Positions 27,394-38,500 of a stretch of DNA of 43,020 bases are shown piece by piece. Under the pieces are notes generated by a model. It was given only the letters and a program-made list of their open reading frames with translations, was not told the DNA's origin and searched no databases. This DNA comes from Escherichia phage Ptacy1537, in sequence record PQ863254.1. One strand, given 5' to 3'. Numbering within the stretch: the stretch's first letter is position 1; each line of letters starts with the position of its first letter. The position numbers were made by a program, and so were the translations under genes.

Positions 27394-28175
27394 TGCTTTT
27401 CATGAATATCGCACGTAAGTTTGGCGCAGTGTACCAGGAAGAAGCAAGCCCGGAAGCAGGTTCCCCGGCAGCGGTAGCCCCTAGTGAACCAGCGGCCCCC
27501 GCAGCGGCTGCAACGCCAGCGGCACCTGCAACACCAGAAGCAGCGGCTACGGGTTCGGTAGACTATGCAGGCGTTATCTCTGAGTACGCCGAGGGCAAGC
27601 CTGCACTCGCAGTAGCTTTAGGGTTCCTTGGTGAGTGCGGTATCGACCACACCGGCCAGGCATTCGAACTGGCTAAGGGTGGTGACTTTACCTTACTGGA
27701 AGCTGAGCTGGCCAAGCTGGGTAAATCCGGTACTGCTGAGATGGTTGCCATCCTCAAGCAGGAAGTTGAGGCCAACGACAAAGCGGCACAGGAGCACGCA
27801 GCGCAAACGGAGCAGACCTTAACCAACATCCTCGGCGAGAGCAAGGACGTAATTCTGGAGTGGGCCCGCAGCGGTGCCACTGAGCAGGAGAAGTCGGCTA
27901 TCAACGAGATGCTGGACGCGGGCGGCTTCTATGCGCACTGTGCAGCTATCGCACTCCGAGAAGCGTACCAGGGCTCAAATGCCACCATCCCGGCTAAGAA
28001 CCCGATTACCAGCTCGGCGGCGGTACAGGGCGCTGCAACGGCCCTGTCGGCACGTGAGTTTGCCGCAGAATGTGAGAAGTTGTCCCGTGCTAACGGTGGC
28101 GTGGACCCGCGAGGTTTGCCAGGTTATGCACAGCTTCAGACTCGCCGTGCGGTAGGTCGTAAGCAGGGTATCTGA
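27393..28175 (+). CDS. Scaffolding protein (T7 gp9-like)
   Basis: 260 aa. Acidic, A/P/E-rich N-terminus and helical composition. Called by synteny between portal and capsid. Confidence 0.6.
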   Translation: MLFMNIARKFGAVYQEEASPEAGSPAAVAPSEPAAPAAAATPAAPATPEAAATGSVDYAGVISEYAEGKPALAVALGFLGECGIDHTGQAFELAKGGDFTLLEAELAKLGKSGTAEMVAILKQEVEANDKAAQEHAAQTEQTLTNILGESKDVILEWARSGATEQEKSAINEMLDAGGFYAHCAAIALREAYQGSNATIPAKNPITSSAAVQGAATALSAREFAAECEKLSRANGGVDPRGLPGYAQLQTRRAVGRKQGI

Positions 28176-28185
28176 TACCCAAAAG

Positions 28186-28210
28186 TTGATTCGCTATACT
28201 CTAAGAACAC
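28186..28210 (+). promoter_or_regulatory. Candidate phage RNA polymerase promoter (copy 2) upstream of the capsid gene
   Basis: TTGATTCGCTATACTCTAAGAACAC, 45 nt upstream of the capsid ATG. Same consensus as copies 1 and 3. Confidence 0.65.
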
Positions 28211-28255
28211 ACAACGATTTCACGGGCCGCTCAGGCCCAACAATGGAGAAGTACA

Positions 28256-29299
28256 ATGGCTGAAGTAGGCATCTTTGCATCTACTAACGTGCAGTATGAC
28301 ATCACCCGTCCTAACCAGCGCCTCGGTGCAGGCGACGAACTGGCTGACGTTACTGAACAGTTCACTGGCACCGTGGAAGGCACTATCAAGCGCCGCTCCG
28401 TGATGGCAGGCTTTATCCCGGTACGTTCCGTTCGCGGCACCTCTACCATCTCCAACCGTGGTATCTCTCGCGCTAAGCTGAGCAAAATCACCCCCGGTGT
28501 GACTCCAACCCCACAGGTTGAGCCGCACACCTCCAAAATCTTCCTGACCATCGACACCGTTATCATCGCCCGTAACGCCGAGCCAATGCTGGATGAGTTC
28601 CAGACTGACTACGACTACCAGGGCGAAGTGGCGCGTGAGCAGGGTCAGGAAATCGCGAACATGTACGACGAGACCTTCTTCATTCAGGCCGCTAAGGCTG
28701 CGAAGTCGGCAACCTCTCCGTACGAGCGTAACAAGGCTGGCGCTAACGTTGCCGGTGCAATGCCGGGCCACTCTGGCGGTCACGTTGTTAAGCTGGCTGC
28801 TGCGGCAGACGCGAAGGACCCGGCCAAGCTGTACGCTGCGATTGCAGACGTGGTTGAGAAGTTCCTGACCGTTGATGTCCGTCCGAACGAAGAAGACATG
28901 ATTGCTGTACTCCAGCCGTCCGCCTTCACTGCGCTGATGCAGGCTGAGTTCATCACCAACGGCGAGTACGTGACCTCTGCGGGTGTGACTCTGAACACCA
29001 AGTACGAGTTCGCAGCCTTCGGTATCCCGGTAATCACCTCCAACAACGCTGTATGCGGTAAAGAAATTACCGACCACCTCCTGTCGAACACCCGTAACGC
29101 CAACGCGTACGACGGCGACTTCACCAAGGTTGTGGCGCAAATCTTCTCCCCGCGTGCATTGCTGGCAGGTTCTACCATCCCGGTGACTTCCAAAATCTTC
29201 TTCGACGACATCTCGAAGCTGTGGTTCATCGACTCCTGGCTGTCCTTCGGTGTAACCGTGAACCGCCCGGAATACGCAGCTGTAATCGAGCTGCCGTAA
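28256..29299 (+). CDS. Major capsid protein (T7 gp10A-like)
   Basis: 347 aa, similar in length and sequence pattern to T7 gp10A. Flanked by the promoter consensus upstream and a hairpin terminator downstream. Confidence 0.85.
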   Translation: MAEVGIFASTNVQYDITRPNQRLGAGDELADVTEQFTGTVEGTIKRRSVMAGFIPVRSVRGTSTISNRGISRAKLSKITPGVTPTPQVEPHTSKIFLTIDTVIIARNAEPMLDEFQTDYDYQGEVAREQGQEIANMYDETFFIQAAKAAKSATSPYERNKAGANVAGAMPGHSGGHVVKLAAAADAKDPAKLYAAIADVVEKFLTVDVRPNEEDMIAVLQPSAFTALMQAEFITNGEYVTSAGVTLNTKYEFAAFGIPVITSNNAVCGKEITDHLLSNTRNANAYDGDFTKVVAQIFSPRALLAGSTIPVTSKIFFDDISKLWFIDSWLSFGVTVNRPEYAAVIELP

Positions 29300-29306
29300 T
29301 CTAACT

Positions 29307-29334
29307 GGCCTGCCCTTATGGGTGGGCCTTTTTT
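29307..29334 (+). terminator. Rho-independent-type terminator hairpin after the capsid gene (T-phi analog)
   Basis: GGCCTGCCC-TTAT-GGGTGGGCC (9-bp stem including two G-U pairs) followed by TTTTTT. Confidence 0.65.
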
Positions 29335-29349
29335 CGTTGAGACGGTGCA

Positions 29350-29934
29350 ATGATTGATGAACTGAACGTTGTAAACGCTTGTCTCGGCTCTATCGGTGAA
29401 CTTCCTGTAGTAGAGCTGACAGATGACCATCCCCTGATTGGTGGCTGACGCCCTAGTCCAGGTGACGCCCTAGTCCAGGAGAGTCATATCAAGTGGTGGT
29501 TCAACACGGATTGGGAAACCCTCCGCGTAGCTAACGACCACTTCATCTACACACCGGCAGATGCTGTGTCGGTGTACCCATACCGCAGACCGGACCTGAT
29601 TCAGAGGGGCCGCCGCCTGTGGGACCGTATTAACTCCACGTACGAGATGCAGGGGCCAGTGCTCTCCATCATTGTGCGTAATCTGCCGCTGGAGGACTTG
29701 CCTCCGCAGGTGGCCTTGCTGGTTAAGTATGCCGCCGTGCAACTATTCCAGCAGGACTATGACGCCGACGAAGCGAAGAAGGCCGACGTGGCCAGAGCAT
29801 ACCAGAAGGCGTTTATAACCTGCAACGCAGAACATGCACGACAGGTCCAGCTCAATGGGCTTGAGACCCTGTTCACCGGACGTGAGCGTGGCAGACTGCG
29901 ACCACGTCAATCCTCTGGAATCCCTGTGAGGTGA
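29350..29934 (+). CDS. Tail tubular protein A (T7 gp11-like), interrupted by an in-frame TGA at 29446-29448
   Basis: ATG at 29350 encodes MIDELNVVNACLGSIGELPVVELTDD, matching the T7 gp11 N-terminus. The frame hits TGA at codon 33 and then stays open in the same frame to 29934 (the ORF-track 29566..29934 ORF). Total 194 codons, against 196 for T7 gp11. Confidence 0.6.
29446..29479 (+). repeat. Perfect 17-bp tandem direct repeat (TGACGCCCTAGTCCAGG x2)
   Basis: Copy 1 at 29446-29462 and copy 2 at 29463-29479 are identical. Copy 1 begins with the in-frame TGA of the tail tubular A gene. Confidence 0.9.
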
Positions 29935-29959
29935 ATATGATTGGATACGGAGAAGGTTA

Positions 29960-32518
29960 ATGAAGGTTCAAGGCAGTTACCAATCAGTTGTGCTTGGCGT
30001 GAGCCAGCAGGTGCCACATGAGCGCCGTAGCGGTCAGATGTGGGAGCAGGTCAACATGGTGAGTGACCCCGTTCGCGGGGTTGCTCGTCGTTGGGGTTCT
30101 GTGTTCCTGGATAGCCGCGAAGTCCGAGATACAGAGATGTCTGAATCGGACATGAAGAAGGCAGTAAACCTGTACCGGGAAGCCGAGTACACGTGCGATG
30201 GCCGCGACTTAGTTGTGCTGTACGCAAAAGGAGATGTACGACCGTACGGATTGCCACCAGTAATGGCCTACGATATCACTCAGAAGAAAACGCTGAATGT
30301 TGTTGGGGAGGGTAATCTGTACGACGCTCTCCGGGCTAACGGTGCTGCATCTCGCGCTAACGTTGGACGTTTCTTGTACGTGGCGGTAAATAACTTTGTC
30401 ACTACGTTCTCTGTGTCAGACAACATTGGTGCTCCGCTGGCGGCACGTGGAGGGGCTGTATGGGTGCGGCAGGGTAACTTCTCCCGCCCGTATGCAATGA
30501 CCGTGGTAAATACCGACGGCAGTACCCGAACATTCACGTACACAACACCGGCAGCATCCTACCCCGGTAAGCTGGATACGTCGGATATTCCAATCCCAGA
30601 CGTACCGCAGGGCGACCCTTCAAATGCGGACTTGCAGGCGTACCAGAAAGCCCTGGCTGAGTACAACAAGCTCATCAGCGACCGCACCAACGCCTACAAC
30701 TCAGCTGTAACGAGTTGGATTGGTGAGGCTACTGAGAAGATGCAGCCCGCGTACATCGCGAACCAGCTTGCACAGCAGATGACGGATGCCGGGTACACAA
30801 ACGTCTGGCCTAATGGGGCGTACGTAACGTGGAATAATAGCGCAGGTATCGCTGACGTTGTAATGCCGGAGAACAGCGACGGGACGTTCATGCGGGCTGT
30901 GGCTTATCAGGTAGACGAGGCAACTAACCTTTCACCTAAACATTGGGTTGGGCAGGTTGTTAAGGTCTCGGCCAAGAAGCAGGACCAGAAGGACGCCTAC
31001 TACATGCAGGCGTACCGCAAGTCAAGTGACACAGAAGCATTCACGGACGTTATCTGGCGTGAGACCGCAGGGCAGCGGACCAAGCCAGGAGATATCTTCC
31101 TGCACTGCTGGGCAGACCTGAACACCCTGTACATCGGGAGTAGCCCTGCTGGACTGAATGGCCTGGCACCTGACGCCGAGGCTCCGGGGTACGAGGACAG
31201 CTCGGTAGGTGATGCGTTGTCATCACCGGCACCCGGATTCTTTGGCAAGGCTATTAACTACCTGGGCGTGTTCCAGGACCGTCTGCTGATTAGCTCCGGT
31301 GCAGTGGTGTTCGCCAGCCGACCGGGCGATTATCTAAACTGGTTCCGCAAGACTGTTCTGGACGTTATCGACAACGACCCTATGGAGATGTACGCCCTCG
31401 GCTCAGAGGACGACACCATTTCCTGGGACACTACGTTTGACCGCAACCTGGTATTGTTTGGGCGTAAGAACCAATACATTATCCCAGGGCGGCAGACAAT
31501 GAGTCCTAAGTCGCCGTACATTCAGATTATGTCGAGCATCAAGGACACCGTGCTGGCTGAGCCTAAGGCCAGCGGAAGTTATGTGTTCTACGGCAAAGAT
31601 ACCTCTGTGAAAGGTAGTGTGCACCAGATTCAGATTGGTGCCGTATCCGATAGCTCCGACAGCTACGAGATTAGCCAGGCCCTGGATAACTACCTGAGCG
31701 GGCGTCCTGTACAGCTGGTGACTATACAGTCACCCAACAATGTGGTAGTGCGGACAACGGACTACAACTACGGGTTGTACGTGTATACCTACCTTCAGAA
31801 CATGAACGGCGGCGAGCGTGTCTTTGACAGCTGGTCTCGCTGGGAGTGGCCAAAGGCCCTGGGTATGTGTCTGGGTATGTGTGACGACGACGGGGCGCTG
31901 TTGGTATTCAAGCTGCGTAACATTGACGGAAAGACAGCTCTACAGGCGGAGCGCTTCAGCTTCGAGACGGAGTTGCCGGATACCGGGTACTTGGACTGCA
32001 ACCGGCCTATGGACCTGAATGTCCCGAGAGAAGCTGGGCGGGCTGCGCACTACATCGGCGGCCACGAGTATTTCTTGCTGGGTTCCCGTCTGGATAAAAT
32101 TGACAGTAATATGTCCTGGTGGGAGGAGGACCTGGCCTACCTCCGTACGGGATTCGTAACTGATGCCTATGTGGTGCCTACCGCGCCGTATATGCGGGAC
32201 AGAAACGATAACCCCATAACAACAGGCCGCCTGACCCTGGGCAGCTTTAAGGTTAACGTCGAACAGACAGCCGGGCTGTATGGCTCTGTAACGACCGCAG
32301 ACCGCACTTACGAGATGGTTGACTATGGTGGGCGCTTGCTTACCCGTAAGTCGAACCAGGTGGGTCGTGTACCGCTTGTCGATACTTCCCTCTCAGTCCC
32401 GGTGTATCGGGAGATTCGTGAGTTCCAGCTGAAGCTACAGGCACGCGACTGGCTCCCTCTGACCATTACTGGCCTTGAGTGGGTTGGTCAATGGTTCAAC
32501 CGCACTCAGAGGGTGTAA
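29960..32518 (+). CDS. Tail tubular protein B (T7 gp12-like)
   Basis: 852-aa ORF directly after tail tubular A. Size and position are consistent with gp12. Confidence 0.75.
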   Translation: MKVQGSYQSVVLGVSQQVPHERRSGQMWEQVNMVSDPVRGVARRWGSVFLDSREVRDTEMSESDMKKAVNLYREAEYTCDGRDLVVLYAKGDVRPYGLPPVMAYDITQKKTLNVVGEGNLYDALRANGAASRANVGRFLYVAVNNFVTTFSVSDNIGAPLAARGGAVWVRQGNFSRPYAMTVVNTDGSTRTFTYTTPAASYPGKLDTSDIPIPDVPQGDPSNADLQAYQKALAEYNKLISDRTNAYNSAVTSWIGEATEKMQPAYIANQLAQQMTDAGYTNVWPNGAYVTWNNSAGIADVVMPENSDGTFMRAVAYQVDEATNLSPKHWVGQVVKVSAKKQDQKDAYYMQAYRKSSDTEAFTDVIWRETAGQRTKPGDIFLHCWADLNTLYIGSSPAGLNGLAPDAEAPGYEDSSVGDALSSPAPGFFGKAINYLGVFQDRLLISSGAVVFASRPGDYLNWFRKTVLDVIDNDPMEMYALGSEDDTISWDTTFDRNLVLFGRKNQYIIPGRQTMSPKSPYIQIMSSIKDTVLAEPKASGSYVFYGKDTSVKGSVHQIQIGAVSDSSDSYEISQALDNYLSGRPVQLVTIQSPNNVVVRTTDYNYGLYVYTYLQNMNGGERVFDSWSRWEWPKALGMCLGMCDDDGALLVFKLRNIDGKTALQAERFSFETELPDTGYLDCNRPMDLNVPREAGRAAHYIGGHEYFLLGSRLDKIDSNMSWWEEDLAYLRTGFVTDAYVVPTAPYMRDRNDNPITTGRLTLGSFKVNVEQTAGLYGSVTTADRTYEMVDYGGRLLTRKSNQVGRVPLVDTSLSVPVYREIREFQLKLQARDWLPLTITGLEWVGQWFNRTQRV

Positions 32519-32519
32519 G

Positions 32520-33299
32520 ATGGTTTGGGCTCAGATTGCAATGGGTGCTATGAACGCCTTAACTGGTAAGTCTGCAAAGGCTTCCCAGATGAAGGTGGCA
32601 AAGGCCCAGCTCGCTCTTGACCAAGGGCGAGCCAATAATAAAATGCAGATTCAGGTTGCCAACAACTTGCTATCTGCGGCGCAGGCAGAAGTCACCCGAA
32701 GTAACCAGGCTCGCCAGAACCGTAAGGTAATGGAGAACATGGAGAAAGGGTTGGAACAGAATGCCTTCAACCTCGGCAAGCAAATGGACGGGCTTGCTTC
32801 TAACAAGTTCTCCGCACGTCTCCAGGGTGCGGGAGCTTTGGGTACGTTGGCCGCTTCGGCGGCCTCTGCTGGAGTGGGTGGTGCCTCTGTGGATGCACTG
32901 GCCAGTACGGAGATGTTCCGCCAGGAGCTCGCAGACCAGGCAGTAGATAAGCAGGCTAAGGATGCCAGCTATGTTGCCAGTCTGAATAACAGTGCCCTGG
33001 TAGACAACGCGTACAATAACCTTGATGATTCCTATGTGTTCGCCAGCTTCGACTACAGCCCGCGTGACTTTGTAATGGACACGACGGCACAGTATAAGTG
33101 GGGCCTTGGTAATGCAGTCTCCGACTTCGCACAGGGCTTCTCCGGCAACATGAATCAGATGGGTATGAACCTTCAGGATGCAGGCTATAAAGGCGACACA
33201 TCGTTGGCGCAGGCCGGTAGCAACGCCTGGAGTGGATTGAAGAGCGGTGCCTCCAAGCTATTTGGTGGCGGTAATGCAGGTGCGACTTCGAGGTTATAA
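32520..33299 (+). CDS. Internal virion protein (T7 gp13/gp14-like position)
   Basis: ATG at 32520 one nt after the gp12 stop. 259 aa, A/G/N-rich. Called by synteny only. Confidence 0.5.
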   Translation: MVWAQIAMGAMNALTGKSAKASQMKVAKAQLALDQGRANNKMQIQVANNLLSAAQAEVTRSNQARQNRKVMENMEKGLEQNAFNLGKQMDGLASNKFSARLQGAGALGTLAASAASAGVGGASVDALASTEMFRQELADQAVDKQAKDASYVASLNNSALVDNAYNNLDDSYVFASFDYSPRDFVMDTTAQYKWGLGNAVSDFAQGFSGNMNQMGMNLQDAGYKGDTSLAQAGSNAWSGLKSGASKLFGGGNAGATSRL

Positions 33300-35527
33300 T
33301 GGCAGAAACTCCAGTGGTACAGGCTCCTGGGAAGGGGCCTATCCTTCCACAGCCATCTCCGGTACAGGTTCAGGTCCCACTGGCCAGCCAGGTGGCACAG
33401 TCCGGCGTACGTCCAACGGAAGCTCGCTTCAGCGTAGGCGGCTCTAATGGGCGTGAGTCTATGGACATGCTGAATAACATCCGGGCGGAAACCCTCCGCT
33501 CGCTGTCAGCATTCTCCCCGTTAATCGCAGAGAAGTTAAAGCAGGCCCAGGAAGATGAGTTCGCCAATGGCTACATGCGCCAACTTCAAGGTGAGACGGT
33601 TGACGACATTCGGGCTGAGCAGCCCCTGGGCGGCTTCTTTGGTGACGGCAGTGCGGTTCGTGGCGCACAGGCACGGCAGGCCGAGACTGCTGGCCAATCC
33701 ATGTTGCAGTACATCCAGCAGAACCAGGGCGACTTGTCGCGTATGGACCTGGAGTCACAGCGGCGGGCGATTGGTGCCTACGTTGAGGGGTTGAAGACCG
33801 GAGACCCTTCCAGCGACTTAATGATTGCACAGGGCGTCATGAAGATGATGCCTGCTGTGCTGGATAATCTGGCCCGTACTTCGGAGTCAGAGAACCAACG
33901 ACAGGCCCAGGTGCAGCAGGCAGATGCTATGGCCGCAGCGGGCGACAGTCTGCGTTATGCGGAGAGCGCCTTCCGTACCGGGCAGATGGGTGAGACGGCG
34001 TACAACCAGGTCAAGGCCAACTATATTCAGATGGCCGGACCGCTGCCGGGGCAAACTAACGCAAGCTACCGGGCTGCACTCACAGGCCAAATCATGCAGC
34101 TGTCTAAGGATGGCAGTCATGAGATGGCAAATCTCCTGTACGACAACCTCCTTCACGGGCAACTCACCGCCGACGAGCGGTTGCAGATGGAAGGTCAGAT
34201 TAAAGCCAGCAGAGCAGAGTGGCTACTGAACAACCCAACCGCGTACGACTTCACTGAATATCGTGCGACGTTAGGTAGTCAGATTGACGGTGGGCGATAC
34301 TCCACCCAGGCCGAGCTCGAAGCAGATATCGACCGCCAGAACGCAGACTATAAAGCCCAGACGGGTTCCCTGGTTCCACTCATTGACAACAAAGAGAAGG
34401 GCCGCGCAGTATCAAGCTGGCTGGATTACAAGCAGCGTGCAGACGCCGCTAACCAGAAGCTGATGACTGCGGAGATGGACGAGGCCGCTAAGATGGGCCT
34501 GTTCAAAGAGGGGTATGCTAAAGGCAGTCCGAGCCAGATGCAAATGAGCGGCCTGGACAGCAAGCAGAAGTACGCAGTGGAAGCCACCGAGGCTGGCCGC
34601 TTTATGGAAGGTTCGGAAGCCTCTGCACGTGTTCTGGGACGCTTAGCTTCGAATGGATACACCAACCCTGTAATTACCGAGCAAATCGGCAATACTATGG
34701 GAATCCTACGAGGAGGTGGTATCCCGAAGGCTGAGACTCTACAGCAGTTGCAGCAGATTTACGGACAGCTTAAAGCGACCCCTTATGGTGCCGCCGCCAC
34801 GGATGCATACTTCAAAGAGGACTTGCCGCTGATTGAGCGTATGGCCGGAATGGATATGACAGACAAGTCAAACGTCCAAGCTGTGCGTGAGATGGCCAAC
34901 GCCAACCGTACTACTGTCACGGTGCCAAAGGATGTGCAGACCGCAGCAGCTGAGCTTGTCGATGACGAGCTCAAGCCCGGTGTGTTCAGCCGCTGGTTCG
35001 GTGATGGTATTGAGTTAGGTGTCGGCTATGAGGCCCAGCTCAAGGATGAGATGAAGAAGCACGCTGGTGAGATTATGGCGCAATCGCCTAACGCCAACCA
35101 GAAGAACGTGCTGGAGATGGCCAAAGCACGGACACTGCGTAGCAAGGACATCGCCGGGAATATGCTCATCACAGGCAGCAGGCCAGGGCAGTTCGTATCC
35201 GCCGTAAACCAGCATCTCAACATCAAGGTATCCGACCCAAAAGATACCAGAATTAACACGTTCATCACTGACGCTGTAAAGCCGAAGATGCCGAACGGCC
35301 AATCCTTCAACGTAGGTTCGGTGGCTATGCTTCCCAACGGGGAGTCAGTAGTCGTTACTGTAACCCGTGCGAATGGCGGCAACCAGAGCCTGGTGCTCAG
35401 TCTGAAAGATATCGCCGATATCCAGAACAACAAGCGCCAGGATTATACCCGCAAATACCGTGACGCTATGAGTAAGGTGCACCCTGACCCATACGTGCTC
35501 TCCGGTATGGAACGTCCTGAGGAATAG
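33299..35527 (+). CDS. Internal virion protein (T7 gp15-like)
   Basis: 742 aa (T7 gp15 is about 747 aa). Predicted largely helical. Called by synteny. Confidence 0.6.
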   Translation: MAETPVVQAPGKGPILPQPSPVQVQVPLASQVAQSGVRPTEARFSVGGSNGRESMDMLNNIRAETLRSLSAFSPLIAEKLKQAQEDEFANGYMRQLQGETVDDIRAEQPLGGFFGDGSAVRGAQARQAETAGQSMLQYIQQNQGDLSRMDLESQRRAIGAYVEGLKTGDPSSDLMIAQGVMKMMPAVLDNLARTSESENQRQAQVQQADAMAAAGDSLRYAESAFRTGQMGETAYNQVKANYIQMAGPLPGQTNASYRAALTGQIMQLSKDGSHEMANLLYDNLLHGQLTADERLQMEGQIKASRAEWLLNNPTAYDFTEYRATLGSQIDGGRYSTQAELEADIDRQNADYKAQTGSLVPLIDNKEKGRAVSSWLDYKQRADAANQKLMTAEMDEAAKMGLFKEGYAKGSPSQMQMSGLDSKQKYAVEATEAGRFMEGSEASARVLGRLASNGYTNPVITEQIGNTMGILRGGGIPKAETLQQLQQIYGQLKATPYGAAATDAYFKEDLPLIERMAGMDMTDKSNVQAVREMANANRTTVTVPKDVQTAAAELVDDELKPGVFSRWFGDGIELGVGYEAQLKDEMKKHAGEIMAQSPNANQKNVLEMAKARTLRSKDIAGNMLITGSRPGQFVSAVNQHLNIKVSDPKDTRINTFITDAVKPKMPNGQSFNVGSVAMLPNGESVVVTVTRANGGNQSLVLSLKDIADIQNNKRQDYTRKYRDAMSKVHPDPYVLSGMERPEE

Positions 35528-35530
35528 TGA

Positions 35531-38500
35531 ATGGCTGAGTTTAAAGTAGCGCTAGACAAAAGCACGCCGTATGACGAGATGGCCCGCGCCACCGAGGAGA
35601 AATACGGACTGCCAGAGGGCCTGCTAAAGACCACCCTGCTTATTGAGAACAGAAACAACATCAAGAACCGCGTGTCTCCGAAAGGGGCGCGTGGTATTGG
35701 CCAGATTATGCCTGCCACTGCCCAGGGCTTGGGGTACAAGCCGGAGGATGCAGATGACCCGGTTAAGTCCATTGAGATGATGGGCAAGCTGTACTCCGAG
35801 CTGAATAAAACGTACGATGGCGACGTAGGGGCCATGATGGCCCACTACAACGGCGGTACTGCGGCAGGGTCTGCTTACGTTGAGGGTAAGGGTTTAAACC
35901 CGGAGACGGCGGATTACATCAAGTATGCCGCGCCGTACCTGGAGCAGACTGGTAAACCTTCGAAGTACCAGACTCAACTCCAAGGCGCTATGGACGAAAC
36001 ATTGCTGGGAGAGGCACCGAGCGACACCGCCATCTTCAACGAGACCGAAGGGGATGAGGCGTTCGGCCAGGACCTCTCAGCTAAGTTTGAGAAGCAGCTT
36101 CAGGACGAAGCACAGTTCTTCAACATGTCACTGTGGGAAGCGGCTAAGACCGGCTTCCGCAGCACCATGACCGACGCTATCGCCCATGCGTACTCCCGCG
36201 AGGATGATATCGACTTCAACCTGTCACAGTCGCACTTCGACCGTATCCAGCAGGAGTTCCCGAATGGGCTCGACCAGTCATCAACAGATAGACTTTACAA
36301 CTCTCGAAGCGATTCTGACTTTGAGTTCAACCTCGGACGCGTTAGAGATTCGCAGAAGTTTGCACAGACGCTTGGATTCCAATCTGGCCTCGACAAGTAC
36401 GCAGGTTATGCGGCTACGTTCGCAGGCGGCTTGGCTGACCCTGCGGCCCTGCCAGCAGGCACCTTCGGCCTGGCTGGGCGTGTCATCAAGGGCGGTAGTA
36501 TCGCCGCAAGTGCTAGTCGTATGGCTGTTGAAGGTGCTGTTGGTGGTGCCATTGTGTCGCCGGTTACACAGTTTGCAGACAAGGGCACAGTCTCTGCTGA
36601 GGAGCTCATGGAGAACATGGCAGCGTCTGCGGTCATGTCTACGGCAATCGGTGGAATCCTGTCTCGTGTGGGAAATCCAAAAGGATGGCGCGAGGAAGTT
36701 GATTCCTCGGTCACGGGACGAGTGGATGGCAATCCCGACTTTGTGGGTCCTCAACGACCTAAGCCAGTGGATTCTGATGGTGATGCTGTAGACTTCCGCA
36801 ACGCTACGGACACGTCGGTATCCACAGATGGGGCTGTAAGTGGAGTAGGCCCTACGGCTGTTAAGCGTGCTGCTGCGGAGTGGAACGAAACGCCTGAGAT
36901 TGGCACCGAGGCTATCCAGGCACGCCGCCAGAAGTATTACGGAAGCAAGTGGCGTGAGAAAATCTTCGGGTGGTCTGACTCTGAGGGCGTACGTCTCGCA
37001 ACCTCTAAAAGCAAAATTGCACGGTTCGTCGGCGCTATGTGGGCCGGTAACTCAGGTGCGATTGGCAAGGTAGAGGCACGTACGGCTGCTGTGTTGAAGG
37101 ACCAGCTCAAGGAGCAGCTCGACTTCACCTACATCCCGGCGATGAAGGAGATTTATGAGGGATACCTGACACCAGGCCAGAAGTATGACTACATGGCAGG
37201 CGGCTCTAAGGATGCGCAGCAGGCATTCTCCCGTGAGGTGCAGCTGGAGCGCTACCGCCACCGCGAGTACCGGATGCAGAACGAGAACAGCAGCAAGGGC
37301 TACCAGTCTACCGCCCCGGCGGCTATTCAGCGTGCAGCCAAGCTCCTGGACGACCATTACGCTGACACCAAAGCCATGCACATGCAGGCCCAGACAGAGC
37401 ACGCCGCTCAGCTCAAGGACAGTGACCCCATCGGTTACATTGAGCAGCGCCCGGACTTCGTTAAGCTGCAAAGCTCGGATACGGCGACGCGCAAAGCGTT
37501 CTTGGAAATGGTCAAAGATGACTACCGAGCAGAGGCCCAGGCCAAGATTAACAAGATGCGCGGTGAGCGGGAGGCGTGGATTACTCAGGCGTATAAGCGT
37601 GCTGAGCAAGCGCTAGATGGTCAGAAGGGCGAAGGCAAGCCTGCTAACCCGCTGTGGGTTGACGAGTTCCTCAAGAACCCGGACGCCTACTTCGACAAGC
37701 ATATCTCGCAGCTCTCGAAGAAGATTGCAGCGGAGATGGACAAGCGTGCCAGCCACTGGTGGGATAACGCCCTCAGCGACCCTGAGACGCGCTATCAGAA
37801 CTCAGAGGCCTCCTTGCTTAGCCTGGCCAGAGAGATGTCTGACGAGTGGTTTACGGGACGTGAGGTTGACGCTGAGTTGGTCAAGTCGTTCCAGCAGGCA
37901 CTGACCAGCAAGTGGGCAGACACCTCCCGTCGGGAACTGCGCATGACCAATAGCCGCCAGGTTAACGGTGAGCAGGTGTATCTCCTGGACATGTTCCAGC
38001 ATGATGTATTCGGAACTATGTCGAACAACATCGCAGATACAGCGGGCCGGGTAGCAATGGCTAAGATGGGGTGGAAGACGGAGCAGGATATCGCCGACAC
38101 ACTATCAGCCATGCGTGAGGAGGGTGTGCCTACTCGTGAGCTGGAGGCTGCGAAGCATATCAGTGACCTTATTCTTAACCGCGCACGTGGCCTGGATAAC
38201 AATCCCCTGGTTATGGCTGCGAGCAACATCACCCACGCAGCAATGATGGGTAAGCTCGGTACGTCTATTCTGGCGGACCTGCCAACCATTATCGGCAACC
38301 TCGGCATCGGCGGGATGACCCGCGCCCTAGGTGACATGGCCAAGCAGGTGGTTAACGGGGAGCTGTTCGTTAAGAACGGGCGCAAGACTGCCCTGGGTAA
38401 CGACCTGGACGCATACCTGACAGGTCTGAACGGGCACGACCACGAGCTGTGGATTCCTCAGCAGATTAACGCTGACGGGCAAGCTATGGACATGTCCGGC

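Noticed and set aside
28220-29350. Long minus-strand ORF (376 aa) antisense to the capsid gene, and similar minus-strand ORFs elsewhere (for example 16346..16951, 17502..18140, 5821..6405)
   Set aside because: These are shadow ORFs opposite well-supported + strand genes in GC-rich sequence. Their products are low-complexity with no start context. All supported genes are on the + strand.
29446-29479. Explaining the tail tubular A stop codon as a simple 17-bp duplication artefact
   Set aside because: Removing either repeat copy leaves the TGA in frame and shifts the downstream frame, so collapsing the repeat cannot restore an intact gene. The cause must be a substitution, recoding or genuine mutation.
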